From: Arenicellales bacterium
GTDB lineage: Bacteria; Pseudomonadota; Gammaproteobacteria; BMS3Bbin11
DNA length: 64,000 nucleotides
Reading direction: 5' to 3'
NCBI GenBank assembly: GCA_048550195.1
Contig: JBLYYR010000200.1
Location: 3,721-67,720 of the forward strand
Position 1 is the first letter of the stretch. Each line of letters opens with the position of its first letter. The notes under the pieces were generated by a model that was not told where the DNA came from, made no database searches, and saw nothing but the letters and a program-made list of their open reading frames with translations. Below are positions 9,530 through 17,723 of this stretch, piece after piece. The translations under genes and the position numbers were made by a program.

Positions 9530-10597
9530 TTAACCATCCATAAGAAGATTGCGCAAATCGATAATGGCGGCATTGGCGCGCGAAATATACGATGCCATCA
9601 CCAGTGAATGGTTGGCGACTAAACCGAAGCCGCTGCCATTCAGGATGATCGGGCTCCAGACAGGATCCTGGGTGGATTCCAGTTCACGGATAATCTGACG
9701 TAGGCTGACGATGGCATTTTTCTTACGCAATACCGCTTCAAAATCAATTTCCACTGCCTTCAGGAAGTGCAGCAGTGCCCAGGCCGCGCCACGCGCTTCA
9801 AAAAAGTTATCGTCGATTTTTGTCCACGGTGTTTTAACGATCATATCATCCGGTGTCGGTGTAGAATGGGTTGCATCGGCATCACCGGCAAGGTCGGTAT
9901 TGACGCGCAGCTGACCGACACTGGCAGATAAGCGCTGCGACAGGCCGCCCAGTCGTTTCTCGACTATCTGCAACCAGTTTCTCAGATTATCTGCACGGGT
10001 ATAAAGCTGAGCATTGGTAGAGTCCGCATCTACCAGTCGACCGAGATAGGACTCCAGAGCATCAATCCCCTTGAGATAGGAGCCTTCAGCGGATGGAAAC
10101 ATCCATGACTCGCTATTGATACTAAACTGCGGCTCCGCCACCATCAGATCCCGGTCTTCCAGCGACTGTGATTGCGAGCGGCTCAGTTCGTTGCGCATGG
10201 CACGTGCCAGGTCACGCACCTGCACCAGCACACCGAATTCCCAGTTAGGCATATTATCCAGCAATACTGAGGGAGGCATAACATCATTGCTGAGATAGCC
10301 TCCCGGTTTATCCAGTAAAGTACTGCTAACGGTAATCAATGCGGCCGTTGTGACACTGCCCGGAATTATCTTTGCTTCTTCTGTCTGCCCGGTAACTCTC
10401 TGCATATTTTCAATTACATCAAACATAGCAGGCGTTCTGCTCCAGTATATAGAGAGCAATATCATCAGCAGGGTTATCAGAAATGTAGCCATACCTAATG
10501 ACCAGCGCAGGCCTTTTTCCTTCCATGTAGCGGGTTTTAATACACTGCCTACGGCACTACCTGCTACCCTTGCCTGTTGCTGGAGTTTGTTATTCAT
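9530..10597 (-). CDS. membrane-anchored DUF2333-like protein (family assignment from memory)
   Basis: 355 aa, one N-terminal TM helix (LGMATFLITLLMILLSIYW), no catalytic motifs; divergent from the GTPase pair. Confidence 0.5.
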   Translation of the reverse strand: MNNKLQQQARVAGSAVGSVLKPATWKEKGLRWSLGMATFLITLLMILLSIYWSRTPAMFDVIENMQRVTGQTEEAKIIPGSVTTAALITVSSTLLDKPGGYLSNDVMPPSVLLDNMPNWEFGVLVQVRDLARAMRNELSRSQSQSLEDRDLMVAEPQFSINSESWMFPSAEGSYLKGIDALESYLGRLVDADSTNAQLYTRADNLRNWLQIVEKRLGGLSQRLSASVGQLRVNTDLAGDADATHSTPTPDDMIVKTPWTKIDDNFFEARGAAWALLHFLKAVEIDFEAVLRKKNAIVSLRQIIRELESTQDPVWSPIILNGSGFGLVANHSLVMASYISRANAAIIDLRNLLMDG

Positions 10598-10686
10598 GTA
10601 TGCTTGTCCGATGGTTGGAATTTACCACGATTAAACCCGTCTTACTCTATCATGTATATGCTGCCGTTCCTGAAAATCACAATAAA

Positions 10687-12156
10687 ATGAAAATACTTCG
10701 CTATTTACTGGCCGCCGGCGTTGTCCTGCTGTTCCTGCTGCTGGTCGTCATTACAGGCATGGCAGGCGACACCTTACTCTCACTATGGGACAGGCTGCAA
10801 ACCGCCCCCTGGTATATTGCCAGCCTGTTTGCCCTCATATTGCTGACCTTTAGCAGTGCCAGTGCCATCATGCTCTGGAAACTGCTACGCCCGGCAAAAA
10901 AAACCGGGGCACAGAAAGAGATAATAGATGAAGCCAGTCTGCAGCAGCGCATAGAGGATGCCAAAGAAAGTGGCATTGAGATTGAAGCTGCCAGAGAAGA
11001 ATTGCGCAAGCTCCAACAGCGGCGAAAAACAGGCAAACTCTACATCGCCCTGACCGGCACCATCAGCACCGGGAAGAGTAGCCTGATCAATAGCCTGCTA
11101 CCAGCGGCAGAAGCACGCTCCAACGTGACCGGCGGTACAACCAGAGAAATCACTGAGTATCACTGGCTCACACCCTCTGCTGATGAAGTTATTCTTATCG
11201 ATATGCCCGGCCTGCTGGATGCTGCAAATAATGAGTTGAGTGATATTGCACGCAGTGAAGCCATACGAGCACATCTGGTTATCTATCTCTGTGATAGTGA
11301 CCTGACTCGCCAGCAATTGCATGAACTGAAACTGCTGGCAAAACTTAACAAACCACTGATACTCGCTCTCAATAAAAGTGACTGGTATAGCGACGAGGAA
11401 CGACAGAAAATACTGCAGCGACTGCACGAACACACTGAAGAAATTTCTGACATCACTATTGTTGCTATAAGCGCCCGCAGCGAGAAGCAGGTCACGGTAA
11501 AACAGCCAGACGGGACTGAGACAAAAGAACTTCGTCGCACAGAACCTGATATCAGGGAGCTTGCCCGTGCCCTGCAACGACGTATCGACAACGATCCTGA
11601 AAGACTTGAAAAATTACGTGACAGTGCCATCTTCTCACTTGCAGCTCGCAGCCTTGATGAAGCAGAACTTCGGCAGCGGTTCGAAAAAGGGCAGGTACTG
11701 GTTCGCAACCATACACGCAGTGCTGTTGTTGGTGCGATGGCTGCAATCAGTCCCGGTACAGATATTTTGATTCAGGGTGCGCTTGGCATTAGCCTGGTCA
11801 AAAGCCTTTGTTCATTGTATGACATCCCAGTCAGCCAACTTGAAATAGACCGGTTGCTTAAACTCGGACAATCAAGGCTCAATCGCCACATTGCACTGGT
11901 TATGGCCGTCCTCGGCAATGCTATGAAGGCCTTCCCCGGCCTTGGTACGCTGGCCGGTGGTGCCCTGCATGCGGTAACCTATGGAATGATATTCGATGCG
12001 CTGGGACGCAGCCTGAACGAAACACTTGCCAGTCGTGGCGAGCTGGCAACCCTGCCGGTAATTAACCGATTCACGGAGAACCTTGGTGATCAACTGGAAA
12101 AACGTAGCAGCGACATTATCCGGCTGGTCCTGGAGTCCAGGGACAAACAGGGATAA
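10687..12156 (+). CDS. membrane GTPase with C-terminal DUF697-like domain (paralog A); start taken at MKILRYLL rather than ORF-track 10570
   Basis: N-terminal TM helices, coiled coil, G1 GTISTGKSS, G3 DMPG, G4 NKSD, then hydrophobic DUF697-like tail. Confidence 0.75.
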   Translation: MKILRYLLAAGVVLLFLLLVVITGMAGDTLLSLWDRLQTAPWYIASLFALILLTFSSASAIMLWKLLRPAKKTGAQKEIIDEASLQQRIEDAKESGIEIEAAREELRKLQQRRKTGKLYIALTGTISTGKSSLINSLLPAAEARSNVTGGTTREITEYHWLTPSADEVILIDMPGLLDAANNELSDIARSEAIRAHLVIYLCDSDLTRQQLHELKLLAKLNKPLILALNKSDWYSDEERQKILQRLHEHTEEISDITIVAISARSEKQVTVKQPDGTETKELRRTEPDIRELARALQRRIDNDPERLEKLRDSAIFSLAARSLDEAELRQRFEKGQVLVRNHTRSAVVGAMAAISPGTDILIQGALGISLVKSLCSLYDIPVSQLEIDRLLKLGQSRLNRHIALVMAVLGNAMKAFPGLGTLAGGALHAVTYGMIFDALGRSLNETLASRGELATLPVINRFTENLGDQLEKRSSDIIRLVLESRDKQG

Positions 12157-13483
12157 TACACCTGCCAAGGCTGTAAAAGCAGTAGCGAAATCAGCGACAG
12201 AAAAATCAACGAACCATCACCTTGCCCTCGCACGCGACAGCCTGTCACGTCTACTGGAGGATGAACACATCCCCCAGTCTGTGCGCGAAGGACTGGATAT
12301 TGAATACCAGGGCATACAGGAGCTTCTTGACAAGATAGAAAACAACGAAATCCACATCGCCGTTATGGGGCGGGTCAGCGTTGGTAAGTCCTCACTACTC
12401 AATGCCATGCTAGGCAGTAAAGTTTTCACAACCAGCCCGTTGCACGGCGAGACGCGCAAGCTTGATCGCAGTGCCTGGCAATCCTACGACAGTGGCGGAG
12501 TATTCCTGATCGATACACCCGGCCTGGATGAGGCCGATGGTGAACAGCGCGAAAAGCTGGCAATTGAGGCCGCTGCACAGGCCGATCTTATCCTCTTTGT
12601 GGTCGATGGAGACCTGACGCAAAGCGAACTGGACAGCATGAAGATTCTGCAGCAGCAAAATAGCATAGTACTGCTGATATTAAACAAGGTAGACCGCTAC
12701 AGTCCCGATGAGCAACAGCAGCTTTTGCAATCTTTGGCTGCACATACAGCCGGCATCATCGCGGACGAAAATATTCTAAGCAGCTCCGCAGCCCCGCCCG
12801 CACAATTCCTGATCACGGTTGATGAAACAGGCCATGAATCGGAAACCCTGCGTGAGCTCGAACCGGATGTTTCTGCACTGACAAGTCGCCTGTGGCAGAT
12901 CATAGAACAGGACGGTCGCAGCCTGGCGGCACTGAACGCAAGCCTGTTTGCCGCTCATGTCACCGATAAAGTCTCGGCAAAAATACTCGAAACACGCAGA
13001 GGCCTGGCGGAAAAAGTCATTCGCTACTACTGCATTGCAAAAGGAATCGGCGTCGCCGCCAATCCCATACCACTTGCTGATCTGGCTGCTGCCGCCGCCC
13101 TGGACAGTGCGCTGGTCTATCACCTGTCACGCGTCTATGACCTGCCGATGAGCCGGCGGGAATCAGGCAAACTGGTCGCCGCCATTTTTGCCCAGCTGGC
13201 CGCTCTGATGGGAGCCATATGGACCGTACACCTTGCCTCCAGCCTACTAAAACTCAGCAGTGGCGGACTTTCCACTGTGTTGACAGCCACCTCTCAGGGG
13301 GCCATTGCCTATTACGGCACCTACCTGGTAGGACAGGTTGCCCAACGCTATTTCGAAAAAGGGAAATCCTGGGGTGAAGGCGGCCCGAAGAGAGTCATTG
13401 AAGAGATCATGGCCAGCCTGGACAAGGATTCGATAATTGAAGGTGCGCGAGAAGATATATTGATGCGGATTAAGGGGACTTAG
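12083..13483 (+). CDS. membrane GTPase with C-terminal DUF697-like domain (paralog B); TTG/GTG start overlapping paralog A by ~70 nt
   Basis: G1 GRVSVGKSS, G3 DTPG, G4 NKVD; C-terminal PIPLADLAAAAALDSALVYHLSRVY DUF697-like segment. Confidence 0.7.
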   Translation: MVINWKNVAATLSGWSWSPGTNRDNTPAKAVKAVAKSATEKSTNHHLALARDSLSRLLEDEHIPQSVREGLDIEYQGIQELLDKIENNEIHIAVMGRVSVGKSSLLNAMLGSKVFTTSPLHGETRKLDRSAWQSYDSGGVFLIDTPGLDEADGEQREKLAIEAAAQADLILFVVDGDLTQSELDSMKILQQQNSIVLLILNKVDRYSPDEQQQLLQSLAAHTAGIIADENILSSSAAPPAQFLITVDETGHESETLRELEPDVSALTSRLWQIIEQDGRSLAALNASLFAAHVTDKVSAKILETRRGLAEKVIRYYCIAKGIGVAANPIPLADLAAAAALDSALVYHLSRVYDLPMSRRESGKLVAAIFAQLAALMGAIWTVHLASSLLKLSSGGLSTVLTATSQGAIAYYGTYLVGQVAQRYFEKGKSWGEGGPKRVIEEIMASLDKDSIIEGAREDILMRIKGT

Positions 13484-13882
13484 ATCGTATGTCGTATGTC
13501 GTATGTCGTATGTCAATATCATGAAGACCTAAGACCATTGCTGTCCCACAAAGAAATATCAATCGATGAGTAAGTGTTGATAGTGCTGCTTTTACGGAAG
13601 CTTAGGGCTTCGGAGACATGAAAAACAGCCTTCCCAAACCTGAAGAACAAAAAGAGTTCTCTCGCGGGGTTCACAGGGACGCAGGGAGGTCAAAGGCTTT
13701 TTTCCTGTAAATCAAAATATTCTTTCTTTTGCTTTCCCTGCGGGCCCTGCGAGAAAAGAGTATTTCTGCTGTTTGCCTGATGCGTGCTCAGAGTCAAATA
13801 TGACAATGGAAAGTTTATGGGACAGCAATGACCTAAGACATACGACATACGACATACGACACACGACGTACGACGTACAACA
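13484..13882. mobile_element. MITE-like nonautonomous element bounded by ~55-bp terminal inverted repeats built from (TCGTATG)n heptamers plus CTAAG(A/G)(C/T)CATTGCTGTCCCA
   Basis: left arm 13487-13550 cgtatgtcgtatgtcgtatgtcgtatgtc...gacctaagaccattgctgtccca; right arm 13813-13880 is its reverse complement; ~260 bp unique interior with no ORF; sits between convergent genes. Confidence 0.6.
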
Positions 13883-14677
13883 TCATCTTCTCAACACCTG
13901 CATCCAGCGCCAGAAATTCAACAGCCCTGCCAGTGAGGCCGCAACATAGGTGAAAGCTGCCGCACGCAGGATTTTTCTTGCCGGCCCATATTGCTGCGGT
14001 TGCAGATAACCCGACTTGAGCATCGGCAGGGCCTTCTGAAAGCTTGCATCCAGTTCGACAGGCAGTGTGATCAGCTGTACCAGCAGACCTATCCCCATAA
14101 CAAGAAATGCCGCCAGCAGGGAAATGAGGCCAACGGCTGGAACACGTGTTATCACGGAAAGCAGGGGCACCAGGAACAGCAGCAATGAACCGATTTTCTG
14201 TGCACCCACGGCCAGTGTTGCCAACCGGCTCCGCCACTGGAACAACCTCTCACTCCTGGCATCCTGCAGGGCATGACCCACCTCATGGGCGGCAATCGTA
14301 ATCGCTGTCAGCGTTTGCCCGTTGAAACGATCCTCCCCCAGGCGTACAGACTTTGCAATCGGGTCGTAGTGATCACCTTCGCCAGTGATTTCTACCCTCA
14401 CTGCCTGCAGTTCATGCCGATCAAGCAGGTGCCGTGCCAGCTCACCACCTGTACCGGTAAAATTCTGTTCCGGCTTGCGGTTGTAACGATTGAAAACGGC
14501 GCTTACCCAGTATTGGGGGCCAATAATCAATACCACCAAAAAGGCGAGGATTATTACTACATGCATGTGATTGTGTTGTATAGTGTCCGGGTTCGATGAT
14601 TCCTGCCTGCCTGAACAGTGGCGGATTGTAACTTTTTTCCGATACCTTAGCCCGGAGAAAAACTGAAGCAGTGACAT
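13883..14677 (-). CDS. putative neutral zinc metallopeptidase (Zn_peptidase_2 / YugP-like membrane protein)
   Basis: HEVGHALQ zinc motif, multiple TM segments, 264 aa. Confidence 0.75.
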   Translation of the reverse strand: MSLLQFFSGLRYRKKVTIRHCSGRQESSNPDTIQHNHMHVVIILAFLVVLIIGPQYWVSAVFNRYNRKPEQNFTGTGGELARHLLDRHELQAVRVEITGEGDHYDPIAKSVRLGEDRFNGQTLTAITIAAHEVGHALQDARSERLFQWRSRLATLAVGAQKIGSLLLFLVPLLSVITRVPAVGLISLLAAFLVMGIGLLVQLITLPVELDASFQKALPMLKSGYLQPQQYGPARKILRAAAFTYVAASLAGLLNFWRWMQVLRR

Positions 14678-14863
14678 GCCTTAGGCATGCGCAGCGGATT
14701 TTCTATCCCTGTCATTCAGATAAATGTCATTGACTATATTAGAGTTTTATAATATAGTTTTAAGCGCATGGCAAGAATGTAAATGTAACAGAGACACGCT
14801 GGGAAAATATCTGCTATGGGGATTCCGGCATATAACTTTAACTTTATTTTTTGGAGATTTCAT

Positions 14864-15427
14864 ATGAAACTCGTACAGATTGTATCAATTGCTGCTTTAA
14901 TGAGCATGTCAGCTGCTTCTTCAGCTTTCTGGGGCAGAGGCTATGATGATGGCTACGGTAATGGTTCTGGTTCTGGTTATGGCGATGGTTATGGCCGTGG
15001 CGATGGTTCCGGTTATGGCTCTGGCAATACCAGAGGTCGTGGTGATGGACGTGGCGACATGGACGGCGACATGGACGGCGACGTCGATGGCGAATTCAAC
15101 ATGAGCTTTAAAGGCAAAGGCAGTGGTCGTGGGCGTGGTGCTGGCCGTGGCTACGGTTCAGGTTATGGATCTGGTTATGGCGACGGTTATGGCCGTGGCA
15201 ACAACACCTACCGTGGCGATTACCGTGGCAACTACTACGGCGGCAATCGCTATGGTTCTGGCGGTTATGGCGCACCTTACGGTGGCGGTTACGGCGCACC
15301 TTACGGTGGCGGTTATGGCGCACCTTACGGTGGCGGTTACGGCGCACCTTACGGTGGCGGTTATGCACCTGCTCCAGGGATGCAGGCGCCTGCAGCTCCA
15401 GCACCTGCTGCTCCAGCTGCAAAGTAA
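14864..15427 (+). CDS. secreted Gly/Tyr-rich low-complexity repeat protein (start at MKLVQIV with GGAG RBS; ORF-track start 14816 is too early)
   Basis: signal peptide [21 protein letters not shown]; GYG/GSG repeats, acidic GDMDGD block, four perfect GYGAPYGG repeats, Ala/Pro tail. Confidence 0.8.
   Translation: MKLVQIVSIAALMSMSAASSAFWGRGYDDGYGNGSGSGYGDGYGRGDGSGYGSGNTRGRGDGRGDMDGDMDGDVDGEFNMSFKGKGSGRGRGAGRGYGSGYGSGYGDGYGRGNNTYRGDYRGNYYGGNRYGSGGYGAPYGGGYGAPYGGGYGAPYGGGYGAPYGGGYAPAPGMQAPAAPAPAAPAAK
15262..15360 (+). repeat. 24-bp perfect tandem repeat x4 (ggcggttatggcgcaccttacggt) encoding GYGAPYGG units
   Basis: direct reading of 15262-15357; causes spurious antisense ORFs. Confidence 0.9.
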
Positions 15428-15457
15428 TAAAAACCCTTTAAAAAGTTTTATTACTGA

Positions 15458-15495
15458 AAAGGCCCGTGTGGAAATCCACACGGGCCTTTTTGTTT
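15458..15495 (+). terminator. rho-independent terminator of the Gly/Tyr-rich gene
   Basis: ggcccgtgtggaaatccacacgggcc then tttttgtttg. Confidence 0.85.
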
Positions 15496-15506
15496 GTGTT
15501 GCACAT

Positions 15507-15536
15507 TGTAGGAGCGCCGAAGACGGCGCTCCTACA
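15507..15536. repeat. perfect hairpin TGTAGGAGCGCCG-aagac-CGGCGCTCCTACA between convergent genes (REP-like / bidirectional terminator)
   Basis: 13-bp perfect stem; shares the TGTAGGAGCG arm with the 8546-8629 element. Confidence 0.7.
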
Positions 15537-15538
15537 GT

Positions 15539-16777
15539 TTAAAAATAATACCCCAGCTCGATCTGCAAAAAATCATCCTCCGCAAACGATCTTAAAGACT
15601 GATCCAGTCCATCCACGAGGAATTTACTGGCCTGGATTGACAGCTTCCAGCTATCACCAATTCGACGATGGGCTTCCAGGCTGATGAGATAGCTATCATC
15701 GTCTGTATCCTTGATCACACCAAGCAGTGCGTCGGTACTCTGTTCATCATTCAGGGTCAGCCTGAGTCCCGTCATGATGTCATCTTCAAATGGCGTAGTC
15801 GCCAGCTCACCACGGGAATCATAGAGATATTCCATCACCAGACCAAGGTCGGATGCACTGCCAGCAAGGCCATAAAACGTGTATTCAAAACCTCCCGTGG
15901 CACGCTGGTATTTCACATAGTTACCATCGAGATTGATGGCTTCAAGCTTCCATAGCCAGCTGCCGCGGGTCAGCTGCATATCAAGACCTGCCTGGTCTAT
16001 GATCTGGTAAAACGGTTGTAGTACAACTTCTCCATTGTATTGGGCAGGGGATAAAATAGGCTCCCTGCTGGTTCCGTGAAACCATGACAGACCAATATCC
16101 ATGTCGCCGATGGCATGCGACCACCTGGCAGCAAGGTCGATATGTTTTTCTTCCTGAGATGATTCATAACTGGTCAGGTCTTTCTCGACGCGAGGAATAA
16201 CACGGGGGCGACCTTGAACGCCTGCAAAGGTGCGCTCACGGAAACCGGGCAGGACAAACAGATCAACGGTCCCCCAGTCACGGATAAGCGCAAGCTTGAC
16301 CATCGGCTGGCCAAGTTTTTCTTCCCCGTCGAAATCTTCAACCAGATCGGTCTGGTTGATAATATCGACCAGGTGCTGAGCCTCAGTGACACCCCAGTAA
16401 ACCTTGCTGAGTCCAACTGTCCACTCATAGTCTCTGGCGATATATGACCAGGACAGCTCCCTGATGTCAGCATGCGTGCGTTCATCATCACCCTGATCCA
16501 GACGAACAAAGGGGATAAAGCTTATGTTCTGCTTGCCATCAGCCCACTCATGATACATTTCAGGTTGCGCTGCGACAGAAAAATTACTCCCGTGTTGCCT
16601 GGGGTCTGCCGGATCCCGTAGAAATAATCTTTCCTGAACCGTGACATTACCCCTCAGGCTGACAGACTGTGCGGAAGATGAGAAAATTACCAGCCATATT
16701 GCGGTCATCAACAGCTGGCTTTTAAGGGCAGCTCTATTAATTCTGGATATGCCAGATTGTGATTCTAAATCTGTCAC
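15539..16777 (-). CDS. outer-membrane beta-barrel protein of an MMPL-exporter cluster (DUF1302-like?); start uncertain (GTG 16777 or ATG 16708)
   Basis: signal-peptide-like MTAIWLVIFSSSAQSV, alternating beta-strand pattern, C-terminal ...LGYYF aromatic terminus typical of OMPs. Confidence 0.55.
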   Translation of the reverse strand: MTDLESQSGISRINRAALKSQLLMTAIWLVIFSSSAQSVSLRGNVTVQERLFLRDPADPRQHGSNFSVAAQPEMYHEWADGKQNISFIPFVRLDQGDDERTHADIRELSWSYIARDYEWTVGLSKVYWGVTEAQHLVDIINQTDLVEDFDGEEKLGQPMVKLALIRDWGTVDLFVLPGFRERTFAGVQGRPRVIPRVEKDLTSYESSQEEKHIDLAARWSHAIGDMDIGLSWFHGTSREPILSPAQYNGEVVLQPFYQIIDQAGLDMQLTRGSWLWKLEAINLDGNYVKYQRATGGFEYTFYGLAGSASDLGLVMEYLYDSRGELATTPFEDDIMTGLRLTLNDEQSTDALLGVIKDTDDDSYLISLEAHRRIGDSWKLSIQASKFLVDGLDQSLRSFAEDDFLQIELGYYF

Positions 16778-16846
16778 ATCAAAGCAAGTATCGTACAGTC
16801 GTTCAATGACATCCTGTCATCACGGCACTTGTGCATCCTTGCACGT

Positions 16847-16943
16847 CGTAATAGCCTGCTATTGCGAAGATTCTTAACGCAGAAGTGGCAGATTTTGGAC
16901 TCAAGATGCTTATTCATGGATTATATAGAGCTTCCCTTATGCA
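16847..16943 (+). repeat. ~95-bp repeat element, copy A (hairpin cgtaatagc/gctattgcg then AAGATTCTTAACGCAGAA and TATATA box)
   Basis: 27-bp identical core gctattgcgaagattcttaacgcagaa shared with 63637-63663; ~75% identity over ~90 bp. Confidence 0.75.
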
Positions 16944-17723
16944 TTAACGTGCCCGTTTTAGAGAGTTACGATCAAAGTCACGATCGGTAAAGCCATTATT
17001 GAAGCTATAGTTGGAAAACTTCAACAGCGTACTTTTTCCATTCTGGTGATTATCCATCAACATCTGCTCAGGACGCCAGTATTTATCCAGATATTGCTTG
17101 TAATCGATCAGCACCAGCGTCTTCAGTATGGCATTTTTGCGATCATAAAATTCTACCTTTAATGGTTGGTAGATTACCTTGTCACCCCAGACTATCTGTC
17201 TCGTGTAACCGGAGTTTTTATCTACCGGCACCCGTTCAAGAACATAGACATCCTTGCCGTCCAGCTTTTCATCCCGTAACCACTTGTAGGTGTATTTGTC
17301 GACTTCCTGTGATGACATATCTTCGAAAGCAAATTCACTTCCCATAAATGGCCCGGATTTATTTTTTGATGCAATACGCTTGACGCGTTTCAGGGCCGGC
17401 AGATACAGCCACTGGTCATCCGGTTTATTAACATGGGTAAAACTTAAAAAAGCCGTGCCCTTGACGTCGGCCGGCGAATCAAAAATAGACATCGATTTGT
17501 CGCCATCACCGGTGACTTCCAGTGCACGGCCGCGAATTTTCCGACTACTCTCCTTACCCTGTTTGTTACGCAGAATCATTTCAAGAGTCTGCTTCTGATC
17601 CCCCCAGCCTGTATCCAGCTCATCGGCTTTCTGTGCGATCTTCAGGCCTTTTTCTTCAGCGCTAAGCGCCCAGGCAGGTATAATAAATAAACTAAGCAGT
17701 GCTAGCAGCAGTATTTTTTTCAT
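16944..17723 (-). CDS. outer membrane lipoprotein-sorting (LolA-like) protein; start at ATG 17723 with GAAGGAAAA RBS
   Basis: signal peptide MKKILLLALLSLFIIPAWA; usually found beside MMPL/RND exporters. Confidence 0.65.
   Translation of the reverse strand: MKKILLLALLSLFIIPAWALSAEEKGLKIAQKADELDTGWGDQKQTLEMILRNKQGKESSRKIRGRALEVTGDGDKSMSIFDSPADVKGTAFLSFTHVNKPDDQWLYLPALKRVKRIASKNKSGPFMGSEFAFEDMSSQEVDKYTYKWLRDEKLDGKDVYVLERVPVDKNSGYTRQIVWGDKVIYQPLKVEFYDRKNAILKTLVLIDYKQYLDKYWRPEQMLMDNHQNGKSTLLKFSNYSFNNGFTDRDFDRNSLKRAR

Noticed and set aside
10701-11746. Minus-strand ORFs 10701..11036, 11098..11577, 11283..11708, 11552..11746 inside GTPase A
   Set aside because: They are antisense to a gene with clear G-domain motifs. 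The Ser/Arg/Cys-rich composition is typical of antisense translation.
13833-14237. 134-aa ORF overlapping the Zn-peptidase gene and MITE arm; also 13247..13522(-)
   Set aside because: They lie in alternative frames of real genes or of the repeat and contain the heptamer microsatellite as Arg/Thr/Tyr runs.
13484-15365. Possible CRISPR array (heptamer repeats, 24-bp repeats)
   Set aside because: The repeats are contiguous with no spacers: one is a microsatellite and one is a coding tandem repeat. There are no cas genes and no repeat-spacer periodicity.
15108-15542. ORFs 15108..15422(-), 15123..15542(+), 15158..15481(-) with HRKVR/TVAV repeats
   Set aside because: They are alternative-frame and antisense readings of the 24-bp tandem repeat inside the Gly/Tyr-rich gene, and have no start or RBS context of their own.
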